DNA of 64,000 nt, from contig JAUCBJ010002087.1 of assembly GCA_032718475.1 (NCBI GenBank), positions 438-64,437 on the forward strand. Reading direction: 5' to 3'. Made by a program: the position numbers and the translations under genes. This document shows, piece by piece, positions 37,001-47,484 of this stretch. The notes below the pieces were generated by a model. That model worked only from the letters and a program-made list of their open reading frames with translations, was not told where the DNA came from and ran no database searches. How positions within the stretch are numbered: position 1 is the first letter of the stretch; the number at the start of each line of letters is the position of its first letter. This stretch comes from Nemertoderma westbladi (Eukaryota > Animalia > Xenacoelomorpha).

Positions 37001-38169
37001 ACGACACTGACCAAAGTTCTGAGTGGGAAGGATTCTATACGGACGAATTCTCCGATGCCAACGAATCCTGTTATCTAATAAATACCGCAGTGTATCGAGC
37101 ACTTACGTACGAAAAAGACACCGACACGGAGTTCCCCCCAACCACCTTTGACAAACAACCATCTTGGAAAGCTCCAGCTTCCAACGTAGGAATCAGAGAA
37201 TTTCCTGTAGTTCAAGTAAGAGTTCACGGTCTTAACAAAAGCTACATAGTGAACGCCCTCCTTGACTCCGGCAGCACAGGAACATTCATCGATCAAGAAC
37301 TAGCCGAAGATATCTTTGCTGGACAACCCAAATTCCAAACTAAGTTGAATATGTCCGGAATTATGCAGGTTTGGAAATCTACCATAACGGCAGATTACTA
37401 TGTAGGTGCGTTGTCCACCCCCCAGGATAAATTAGGAGCACAAAGTATAAGGTCAGTAAAGATGGTGGCTATAAAGAACTTCGCTACTACCCAAGCAGAC
37501 CTTTATAATTGGGACGAGGATGAGAGCATCCAACATCTTAAGATACCTCGATTCCAGACAGATTATCCTGGAGTGCAAATACTCATCGGCCAAAACGCGC
37601 ATGAGGCGCTCGAGACATTGGAGAAACGGCCTGCTCAACCGCAGCCATTACAAACTTATGCGGTAAGAACTAGAGTAGGTTGGTACTTTACTGGCCCTTC
37701 CCGCAGAACTCTTGAAGAAAGATTGCCACAAGACCGGCTACTTCAAGTAAAGGATTGGGAAGAGGGGAGCAGTGAAGTGGACGAACCCACTGAGGTAACA
37801 CCATACTCCTCAGATAATGAAGATATTAACTCCAATGTAGATCAATGGAGACATCGCCCCGAGATGATTAATATAGCCGACATCGCTTCCAGAGGAGCAA
37901 CTCCTCAAGAACGGATAGATACTCCCGGCTGGTTAGGTGGACCCGACACCCTAAGTAAAGAAGAAGATGAATGGCCTCCTCATCTTACCACTGAGGAGAT
38001 TAGACAGGCCAAGGGAGCGGAGGAAGTAACACGACAGCCTAATCGCCCAGCTGGTCGCTTAGGTTTACTGGAAAGAGACCGAAAACTGTCCGGAAACCAT
38101 GGAAGGCCGGATACTCTTCCTACGACCACTTCCCTAATTCGACAAAGATCTAGGGACTCCATAACGTAA
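34039..38169 (+). CDS. Gag-protease of element C fused to a short RNase H C-terminal remnant (1376 aa, uninterrupted)
   Basis: Coiled-coil N-terminus; KFNGDEMKWLPF gag core; CALCDGPHRLSAC/CYNCLRRGHQRRTC/CAKCGAKHHSLLH; LLDSGS protease; then QWRHRPEMINIADIASRG..WLGGP..WP, matching element A's QWRHCPAVLNPADITSRG..WLHGP..WP. Confidence 0.92.
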   Translation: MADTRQTLSDSLLETTDCFSDQSVENPRPRSETPHTVRRATPAVVVSEPRLVEAISHFAKLVKRRWSAIGTRAQVKRDQEEAIKQQQPPSQEPSSQRPDSSSSSDTVERTPERGAKMADMVYDERPTYEESTDATSSQVESEVESEVESELTAAEKPRTRDAIDIYLSDYQRFIGDEELRRRLSGLRPNSEGTKLVLDAIDAEMLAAEQAKCDEKLRLVRVQEEQIKKRRIEEQKATAMAAAMADAEAERKAATAVAMADAEAERKAAKAVAKAVAEAERRASEQTTQLELENLQETQDSINKQFTANQMQMMRKSTPKRQGYTSSEEGDTTDPEGGGNRSHLSRRRKTYYRRKLPDLPPAVKRQLTSTDLGSAEPIEQFIQVKRLPTIVDEPEIIRPVVPKVTSVLETPTLPELNSKFPLHSTILPVPGGTVHANTPVQIAEREINNLSPVVPRQPATMLATPASAVEWVEEGRWGMNLLLGQMQETVHQLKGTVREGRAELQEVQQSIALERDKLVNIQKGIPIPPVTLCPPVRSEVLHAQGVEPTRIYTASEVETPIANPIKGDYRPVINDIPYRPDNDPRNLYTDNSILNNTMAQESFTRQMARTEARQAVKVGEIVKFNGDEMKWLPFNEYYKDSIQNSVLSNGEKLRFLIKCLEGPPKLMALKFIGHPDGLRQVWDTLNIRYGNKDNIAKYLYAKLVAPRHFLSSGIIEFSDEIQEICRQLDWLGKSHEYQSSMVIGAVVSTLPKGGVCTRWDKKVLYMNEQQRRSPTMADLMSFLDSEVKLQLIRQSREKTSENKVSEKPVSRRRIIPVCYTDDGESQASQEEDSGKDTERSYYDNKTYKDVSKYKSRTSDRREQVTTTPPTSPKRIHGRKPEERTRVQNVNQVKVSNIKPKCALCDGPHRLSACAEFLKKSLADRRGVLWDKRLCYNCLRRGHQRRTCYSDARCAKCGAKHHSLLHTEFERNSPSQVSEPKSHVQFSDVNDTDQSSEWEGFYTDEFSDANESCYLINTAVYRALTYEKDTDTEFPPTTFDKQPSWKAPASNVGIREFPVVQVRVHGLNKSYIVNALLDSGSTGTFIDQELAEDIFAGQPKFQTKLNMSGIMQVWKSTITADYYVGALSTPQDKLGAQSIRSVKMVAIKNFATTQADLYNWDEDESIQHLKIPRFQTDYPGVQILIGQNAHEALETLEKRPAQPQPLQTYAVRTRVGWYFTGPSRRTLEERLPQDRLLQVKDWEEGSSEVDEPTEVTPYSSDNEDINSNVDQWRHRPEMINIADIASRGATPQERIDTPGWLGGPDTLSKEEDEWPPHLTTEEIRQAKGAEEVTRQPNRPAGRLGLLERDRKLSGNHGRPDTLPTTTSLIRQRSRDSIT

Positions 38170-39791
38170 TTATATATGGAGTGGGTGTGTGACTATATTA
38201 TTTTATATTTTTTTTATTATTATTTTATATTTAGGTATGGATTATTATGTACTTTATTATAATCGTTTTATTTAATTTTATTTAGTGGAATGTTATTTAG
38301 ATTATTTAGTAGATTAGTGCAATATATTAGTGTTTATTACGTAATTACATAATATATCTAGTGCGACGGCGAGAAATAATTCTTTTCTCTTTCCTTACTG
38401 TCCGTATTATATTATAAATGCGAGACTATAGTAAGATGACATGTCCGTACTTATTAAAGTACAATAAAGCTCCTACTATATTTAAGTATTATTGGTAGGC
38501 AGAGTATTAGGAATGCAAAGTTCAGATCCTCGTGTCTCGGCTAAACCAAGCTCTGGGTAGACCTTGGAAACGACTTGCCTCTTCACACTGACATTGCTTC
38601 GTGCGATATTGCTCTTCTACCTTATATTAAATAATACTTATAGTAGCGTGATGTCCCTATAACAGTAGCGTAAAACGCAAATAAATCTGTTAAACCTTTT
38701 GACCATCTGTAATTCTAGTCGATTAAGATATCGCGGCACCCACCGATATACTTGAAAGACAAATTCTAGAATCAGTGGTTAACGTCCCCAGACAAGTTCT
38801 GGAATAAATCGGTGCCCATCTTAAATATTAATTTAATATTTATTAAAGTCTGTAAAATTCAGATCCGTTAACAATTCTAGTCGATTAAGATATCGTAGCA
38901 CTTACCGATACTCTTAAAAGACAAATTTCATAGAATTAAGGATCCTATGTCCCCAGACCTGCTCTGGAATCAACTTATGTCAATTTTAACATCAAATAAT
39001 AAAATTCACGGGAATAAATTTAAATTCATATTTTAAATGAATTTCATAAATTGTCATTTTGTACAATTTATAACATTCCCAAAATTCCATTAATTAATAG
39101 ATCATGGGAGCGGAGATTCATCCTATTGAGTGTACTAGAGTGTGAGAATCTCCAACATATAGTCAATAGCCGATAAAATTTATAAAATCATGCATAAAGA
39201 GGATATTGACAATTAAAGAATTATTATTAAATAGCATCCCAGATCTGTATGCATGAGAATTACCCTAATTCTACCGCTAGCATTCCATAATGTCACCATA
39301 GCAACACCCACGCTAGAATTAGAAGCAAGTTAAGAAAACAATAGAGAGCTTGTCACATTGCATAGCATAGAGAATACATAGCACGCTGTTAGTATCCAAG
39401 GATACACAGTAATAACGTGACATTCTGGAAGGCACTGACTAACGGACAAATGGCCTGTATGTGTACAATTGGTGACAGTTGTGTGGAATTTGTGCGTTTG
39501 TAGGCGAATGTTACTGCTAAGGTGTGTTTACAGTAGCTAGTCGCAATTGTGAAAGTAACCCAACTCTCCTATAGAAAGAACCTAAAGTGGATTCAAGCCT
39601 TTGGGACGGACAGTGGAGTGACTTGTGCCGGTTATCGTTGTCGTACTGTTGCTACATGTTGGCGTAAATACCGCGACAACGGTACATCGGCGCTGAGGAT
39701 CCCACTGTCCGGGGGCAAAGAGAGGTGGGCAGCGACGTCCGCTCGCCTAAACATAAACTCATTTCGATATTAACAAACTCAGATAGCAGAT

Positions 39792-40781
39792 ATGACGGAG
39801 TTGATAGAAGATGATCTTGGTATCAAGGAGCGATATACTCTACCTTTGCAAGCATTTGTGGATAGCTTAATACGCGGTGAAGCCGATCCAACCATTACGG
39901 AGGACGATGGTCGTTATATCGAACCGCCGATGTCCCAAGAGCAACTTGCGCGTGAATTGGACTATCGAAAATCCACCGCGCGCTATACGCATCGTAATAG
40001 TACGTATATGGACTTCCTAACTACCGGCCATCCTATCGATTTACATGATACGGACGATGTAGACACCGAAAGGGAAATGGTTCTATTTAAATATCATACC
40101 CAGCGGAGTCGGAACGATAAAACGAGAATAGATCACGAAAATTCTATTCGTAACAGACTGGGAAGACGAACCAATATGCCTAGAATCTGAGGAGATTCAG
40201 CCTATCGCGCCCGGAACAGCGACAACGATTACATCCTAGAATGGTATCAAGGTCCACAGTGTCTCACTGCGTACGATTATCGCCATGCCAACTATGTTTC
40301 TAGGCAACGTTGTCGGTTATGCGCATCGAGAGACCACGATACGCCCATGGACACCAACGTCCGCTGTTCCTATATCCAAGAACAACCGACTATGGAAATT
40401 TATTGCGCATATTGCAGACTCAATAACCTGCACATTTTTGCGGTTTGCCCTCAATTTATGACTCAATGTCACCATTGTCAACTAAAGGGACACGCCAGTT
40501 TCGATTGCCCTTTTAATCGCGATTTGGAAAGCGTAGATGAAATGATCACACTACGTTACATTAGAGCTTGGGAAGCGAAGGCTGATTTACATCGTGATTC
40601 GCGCCATCGCTATTATCCTGAACGCGCTTACGAAGGAATTTATGCGTTCCATCCTTATCTATTCGCTTCTGTCGAACAGAAATCGCGCATATCGAGTTAC
40701 AGGAAGTATATCGACGGCCTTACGAATACCGAGCTCGTGAACGCGAGTTGGAAAGGACCATTAAACCCCGGAGGTTTCTAG
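39792..40781 (+). CDS. Accessory zinc-knuckle ORF of element C (~329 codons, one in-frame TGA at 40188-40190)
   Basis: ORFs 39792-40190 and 40347-40781 are in frame with 52 open codons between them; CRLCASRDH..C, CAYCRLNNLHIFAVC, CHHCQLKGHASFDC. Confidence 0.7.
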
Positions 40782-41065
40782 CTGCCTATAGTCAACCCAC
40801 GGCCCTCGTTCAGACCACTCGTAAAGGACCCGTAAGAGCGGCTGTCTTAAAACGCGCTCTCAAAGCCGTTAGACCCCTCTCCCCCGACGTTGATGTCAAT
40901 CAACCCGGCACTTCGACTGGCGGATACACCGTCCATAATTCTACACCCTCTGATGCAATCATATTGCACGCTTCACCCAGGAGTTATAGCCCTCCTTGTA
41001 AAGTGGCTCGCCCCAAAGAGAAAAGGACTCTGGCTAGCTTTAAAAAAAAAAAAAAAACTGCGTAA
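40748..41065 (+). CDS. Small basic, Pro/Ser-rich ORF before the 3' LTR of element C
   Basis: 105-aa open frame (TTG start) with K/R clusters; overlaps the end of the accessory ORF. Confidence 0.3.
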   Translation: MERTIKPRRFLAAYSQPTALVQTTRKGPVRAAVLKRALKAVRPLSPDVDVNQPGTSTGGYTVHNSTPSDAIILHASPRSYSPPCKVARPKEKRTLASFKKKKKTA

Positions 41066-41168
41066 ACGCCGTCCGCGCAAGAAAGACTAACTGTTTAGAG
41101 TATTTACGTATATTAGAAACTGTGATTTTGTATATTTCATAGACTCAAATCCCATTTTCTGGGAGCGG

Positions 41169-42427
41169 TGTAAAAGCTTCTGTGGGATATAACTGGCCCC
41201 TTTGCTTCGCAATCCAGTTTCCCCCCAGGCGCTGGAATACTCTAAAAAAGGTTCTCTAACTGTATATCTATTCCCCTCGCCCGCAAGGTACCGTTACAGG
41301 TGTTTTAACGGACATAAAAGTCATTCTGCTATATACGTGTTTTAGCGGACATGGTAAGGCAAAAAACCTACAATGCACCAAATGCCTTTCACAGCTTGGC
41401 CGTGATGATTCATATTACGACATCTAACAGCCGGTTGCTGACATGGAAACAGCCATTGGACGCATGGTTCTTTGTTTGGCTTGAGCCAATCAGAGCGATT
41501 TTTCCTGTCGACGTGTAGCTTTTCGGCCGATCATAAGGAGAGTGTTCAGTCTTACTGTTTTCACTTGATACTTTGTTGTTATTGCTGTCTAAGCCAGAAA
41601 CACCGGCTCTAGAGTTAATTCTTTTCATACTTTAAGAGGAAACATTAGTAGGCTTAAATTATAGAGCGTATGACTGTTATCAGTCAAATCCATTCACAAT
41701 TCAATACTTTGTTGTTATTACTGTTCAACATACATTATTATACTGCTATTTACTGTTGTGTTTGGTTGAATATTAATTGGAGAACATATATAAAGAACCC
41801 AAATTTCCCAATTTTCTTGATACACTACAGGTTAGAGAGACGGGTTATATATATAGCGATTGCGACTTATATTGTTGTGGTTTGTAGTGAATTTAATGCT
41901 ATTTGATAAGCACTACATTGGTCCGTTGCTATTCCCTTTATATATGATAAAATACATTGACGGGCGGCAAATTAATGAGCAGTATTGTGTGTTACCGGTA
42001 GTGTGCATGATTGTGACCGATAACTAAGCATTTCCTAAAGAATGCGACTCATACGTGAATCATAAGCCTTACCGACTTACCGTTGTGATTGGTATAAGTC
42101 ATATCTCTGTTTACTTAGATAGAGCGCCACGTCCTAAAAGGAACTGTTAATATTTCCCGAAAGTGAATAATATTAGTCAGAAATTAATTATTAACGATCA
42201 ATCGAATAATACAATACCGTAAGCTTCACTGCAATAATAATCTAAGCCGACAGAATCCAGCCTCCCGGGATTATCCAGCGGGTGAATGGACGCGCACTAG
42301 GCTGGCTTCTGCTAATGTTGTGTTTATTGGTATTAAATATTTGTCATCTTCTAAAGTATATTTATAAATCAAAAGACATATAAATTTTGGCAGGTTAAAC
42401 TGCTAAAGGTCTTCAAAAGCGCGTACA
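41169..42427 (+). repeat. 3' LTR of element C
   Basis: Direct repeat of 30602-31860. Confidence 0.95.
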
Positions 42428-43499
42428 GGCGTACCTGGCCCACCCTACGCCGCAACTTGCGCACGCAATAGTAATCCCCCCAATGTTACTTGTCTTTGAC
42501 TCCTCCGCACTCCCGTCGTCGCTAACCCCCCGATGCGCCCGCCGCGCTTACCGGTACCCTAGCCCTCCATCAGAATGAGTAGCTACCGTAGCGGCACATG
42601 CAAATCACAAAAGTCTGACAGTCTGAGAAATCCCGTAGGATTATTGTCGAAAGGAATCACATAGAACCATTTACTAAAGGGTAGAAATCATAGTTCCAAC
42701 TTGTAATTAATAGTGATCATTGAGATTGATTGAGAAACACAAACAAGAATCGAACAGAAATTGCAAGTTAACGAATCATTGCAAGAAATCAAAAAAGGGC
42801 AGTAATTTACGCAGAAAACTAAGCATCGAATAATAGTTGAAGGTGAGCTGTGTGGGGTGTGGTGACTAAGCAGAATGTGAGATTGAGATAGGTAACAATG
42901 GAAGTAGGCCAATTTATAGGTGATTTGAGAAGGGTGATGCAATCGATCTCTCATTGGCTCCCCAATCCGAGCTAACATCAGACCAACCTGGAAGCAGTTA
43001 GGCCAATAAGAGAGCCGGATTGTGGGCCTATAGCTCCCTGAAATCGTAAATTGCCACCATATAAGGTAATTTTCCCGATGCTTAATTTGGCGGTACTAAT
43101 AATATCATGCACAAATATAAATTTAGCGCAATTATAGAGAAATTAAAACCAGTAGCTAGCCTCATCAAGGCTAATAACGGCAAGCCCAGATCCAGGGTCC
43201 AACAAGGACTTGCTACCCTGGAACTATCTACTTATATCCTATTACAAAATTACATAGGTAGGGCTACATACTATACAAAATGGATGAATCAAAAATATAT
43301 GGGCGTTTCAATTTCCTTATCTAAATGTCACTGCGCTATTATGTCTTATCTAAATAATTATACTGCATCACGGACTAATATATGATACTATATAATGGAC
43401 TAATATATTATACTGTATAATGGACTAACATTATTATACTGTATAACGGACTAATATATTACATAATGTAGGTACAGCGCCATATACCGTAACACCACA

Positions 43500-43660
43500 C
43501 ATAGAATCGATCTGAAATTTTGTAACGCGATTATGAACCACCAAAGCAATGTACTTGCAAAATTTCATCAAAATCGCCAGGCAGGAAGTGCCTTAACCTA
43601 GATAATTATCAGTCAGTATGTCAGTCAGTCAGTCAGTCAGTGTAATGTATCCTGAGATTT
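43500..43660 (+). mobile_element. Possible non-autonomous Helitron/Helentron-like (DINE-1-like) remnant forming element A's target site
   Basis: tgaaatttt...aaatttcatcaaaatcg motifs followed by a (CAGT)n microsatellite. Confidence 0.35.
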
Positions 43661-43999
43661 TTACAGTAAGTATCCCGCTGTCATCCCGCTATCCCGCTAT
43701 CCGGTATCCCGCAATCTCTGGTAGTTATTTATCTGAAAGAACGCAATCTGTAACGGTAAGCAAGGCGACATCCACACACAGCTAGAACATCCGGTCTGGA
43801 AGCCGGGTTATAATTCAATGATCAAAGTGAAACAGATAGTATTTCGTGGTGATATTGAAAGGCGAAGTATAAACTCAAAATTAATGTCTTGCGTTGATAA
43901 AGAAATAAATTTGGGAATAACAATTTCGTCAAATTTGTCCTTGACAGTGGATATAAAGGAGAAATGTAGAAAGGAAATGACGTATTCCAATTAATACGA

Positions 44000-44130
44000 A
44001 GAAACTGTGCAGCCTCAACACTTCCTTTAACGACACTATTAACCAACCCAACTCCACAGGTAGGCCTACAGTGCAGAAACTGTGCAGCCTCAACAATTCC
44101 TTTAACGACACTATTAACCAACCAAACTCC
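44000..44130. repeat. ~75-bp tandem duplication
   Basis: gaaactgtgcagcctcaaca.ttcctttaacgacactattaaccaacc twice. Confidence 0.85.
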
Positions 44131-47100
44131 ATAGGTACCGGTACAGTACACGTAGTTTTGCGCGGGAAGGTTTGAACTTTGAAGGCGATTATCTCAGAAT
44201 CACAAAAATACTAACTCCTCCGCCATTTCTTAACCATTTTTTGCAATTTTTGCTTTATATGAAACGTAATTTCATAAGCTTCAATAAATTTCACGCACTT
44301 TTCTTAATTTAGTAATATATCCCCATTTTTTTTAATGAAAATTACAAAAAACACGGGATTTTTCAGTTTTTGAAAATTTTTAGAAATTTTTAGATCTTTG
44401 CTCAAGAATTACAATTCTGATGGTATAAGTGTTTCAGAGGTGGCTAATCATGATAAAACTTGTTAAAATATTTTCTTTAATTTATTTGATATATTCTAGA
44501 AATGCAACCATCATATTTGGTGCTATTTTAATACCAAAAAGGACGAAAAGTACAAGTAAAATAATGTCAAGCTAAACAATTTTGTGTTGGTTTTGATAAT
44601 TCTGAAGGTAGGCCTACTTGTATACGGGTTTTCGAGGTCGCCCATAATGATGAAACTATTGTTATAAATATTTATGATAATGCGAACCCAATTTTGGTGC
44701 CATTCTGGTGGCCCTGAACGAAAAGTACAAGTAGCGAAAAATTACAAACTGCTAAATTGCGCCTTTGGTTTGGTAATGCTGAGATTCTAGTACAGTTTTC
44801 AAGGTCGCTGATCACGATACAACTCGTTAAAAATCATTCGTGGTAACGCAACTAACGTTTTTGGTGCTTTTGTGGTGGGGGCTCATTCCAAAGTAAAGTA
44901 CGGCATGATGTTTCTAGGGAGTAGATTATGAAACTAGATTGTAATTGTTTCTTAATATGACGCAACACAAACGTGCTTTGCATTCCACTGGGTGTTTGGG
45001 CTTAGTTAGACTACTTCTCTGTGTTTAAATTAAAAATTTCACTATTTTTTGGTAAAGTATGGGACTTTACATTCATAAACCCAAAGATTTCTTGACTGAG
45101 GAATGATTCTCAGTTCAAATATAGACTCCTATTCTTACGGCCGACTATGACCTTAGAGTATTATATCACTCATGGCTTCACATATTACATTAATACAGTG
45201 CACTAACATAATCGCCATTTTAATGGTAAAGTATGGGACAATTTTCAATTGGCCGCCATGATATTTCTGAGGGAGTGAAGATGAAACTAATTGTTTTATA
45301 CGATGACGCAACAAAAACGTGCTTTGCATTCCACTGGGTGATTAGGCTGAGTTACATCTCTGTGAATAAACTAAAAATTTCACTATTTTAGGTAAAGTAT
45401 GGGACATCACAAGATTAACTTTATCGATTTCATTACAGAGGAATGAAACACTGGTGAAATTAAATGAAACCAAAAAAAATCGAAAATGGGTTTGTTTTTG
45501 ATTTGGTACATGCTCAGAAATGTTAATTTATTGGTCATAGGAAGGTCACAGGAAACGAAACTTTTGCAGACTTTTATTCACATTTTGTGCAGAGCAGGTG
45601 CATAATTTGTAATTCGACTATTTTTGATAAACCACACCTGTGTTGATACAATTTTTAACATTGAATTCATGAAGTACGATAAATTTTGACCTAAAATAAG
45701 TATAAATTCAAAGCTACATCTCATTTTTAGAAATTAGTGTGGAGGTTGACCTTTTCATGGAATGAGCCTGGGACGAAAAATACAAGTGTACAACATAAAA
45801 TTGCAAACGGCAAAAATCGAATTTGGTTGAATAATACGATATATTTGAGTGTCATATTCGTGATCAGCATCCCAAAAAGACAATGGTCATAAAATCAATT
45901 TGATTATGTGGTGATTTTTAATTCTCATATTTCCACTACATGTTTTTTTGAAAACATTCAAAATTACCAAAAAATTACGTCACATTCAAAATTACTAAAA
46001 ATTGTCTCGAATGTTATATTTCAGTTCTATAATCGTGACCAGCATCCAAAAATCGCTATATACCGCAATTAAATTAATTTTAGGCCCATTCCATGCAAAT
46101 GTCAACCGTAGTGCCAATTTTGAAAAAAGTGAATTATTGCTTCTCATATCAATTTTCAGAACTGATATGATGCGATTTACAAATTTAATACAAAAATCCG
46201 CATAAAAATTGGTTAACTTTCTGAAATCTGGTGTTATTCGCCCTTACTGTACCTCTAAAACTGCAAAAATACAGTGAACTGAGTGCATAATATGACAACC
46301 GCGTCTTATGAGTAGCTTTAGGCAGAAGGTAACGTAATATAGTACTTTTCGAAGCAAAACAATCATATTTTCTAATGATATAATTTGCTGTCAATTAAAA
46401 CAACGTTGTGTCTAAAAATTCATTGCTCAAAGTCTACTTACATACTTACAGCATAATATCCCGCACTTTACGCTGAAAACCATATTTTGTTTGTACAGGA
46501 TAGACATAATTATTATAATAGAATGATGTTATGTCGTTTGCAAAGCACAAATATATGTACTTGTAATCTGGAGTACTTAGTTTGTTTGTGGTGTTTCATG
46601 TTTTGTGGTAAACAGGTATCCCGCACTTTACGTAAAGTGCGAGACAAAAAGTAGAAATATCAAAGGAAGTTGAGTAAGCGTGCACTTAGATGGAAGAACT
46701 TCAACTGGAATAATCGTAACAGACATAATAACTTCCATATCAATCTCTGATATTACATTACTACACATATATTTCAGTAAATATACTCAAAATTGTAATT
46801 CCCATTTTTATTAGTTTTTACATACTCTGAATAATATTTTGTAGGCCTGTCATTAACCCTTTCCTGGCTGAAGCCGGAGCGTACTACAGTCCCTATCTCA
46901 TTCTAGATCCCGTTTCTCAAACTGGGTACCTTCTCTCTTACCTCACTCTTACTAACTCAAACCTGTCTGGTTTACTCAAACCCAACTCAAACTAACAATC
47001 ACTTTATAACTATCACTTATTTAGTCTGAATAATGTAATAATTAACGATTTAATGTATTTACAAATGATAAAATCGCACGTGTCCCGCACTTTACAATGA

Positions 47101-47484
47101 AATGTCCCACACTTTACATGTCTTTGCTGCACTTAAACTACTCCCCTGTTTCATTGATGTTACCTACCAGCTTACTAAAGGCTAATTTATTTTCCCTACA
47201 TATCTTGGAATATCATGAAACAGAACATTTCCCATTAACTTTACCCAATTCGCTGAACTTTAGCAATGAAGTTGACAGTTGAGAATTTCACTTTCGTACG
47301 CGTCCCGCAATTGACAATTTTTTGAAGCAATAATTCTGAGACATAAACTGCTGCAGGTTTTGCAAACTGTTTTTTTTACTGAACCGATAATTGGTTTTTC
47401 TAAGAAACACAAGCATTATAATATTTTAGTTCATTTTCTTGATGTACAGTGCTAAAGTATGCACAAAAAGTCGCGCGAATGTAG

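Larger units (their letters stand above)
30602..42427 (+). mobile_element. BEL/Pao LTR retrotransposon 'C', non-autonomous (no RT or integrase)
   Basis: 1259-bp LTRs 30602-31860 and 41169-42427 (TGTA...TACA; two substitutions noticed); 5-bp TSD GGCGT (30597-30601, 42428-42432); PPT-like gggagcgg at 41161-41168. Confidence 0.95.
11641..43494 (-). mobile_element. BEL/Pao LTR retrotransposon 'A' (outer element, with three nested insertions)
   Basis: TGTTA...TAACA termini; 5-bp TSD CCACA at 11636-11640 and 43495-43499; two ~2.15-kb LTRs; gag-pro-RT-RNaseH-IN on the minus strand. Confidence 0.95.
28877..43494 (-). repeat. 5' LTR of element A (~2157 bp net; interrupted by a LINE and by element C)
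   Basis: 28877-28963 + 29594-30601 + 42433-43494 align to the 3' LTR with scattered SNPs and small indels. Confidence 0.93.

Noticed and set aside
40188-40190. Selenocysteine TGA in the accessory ORF
   Set aside because: No SECIS recognised; CGA>TGA decay in a transposon is simpler
39792-40781. env gene or captured nanos
   Set aside because: No signal peptide or TM segment, and the Cys/His spacing does not fit the Nanos double CCHC
11641-43494. Segmental duplication or misassembly explaining the repeated 1-2-kb blocks
   Set aside because: Every block has TG..CA termini and matching TSDs, consistent with LTR pairs
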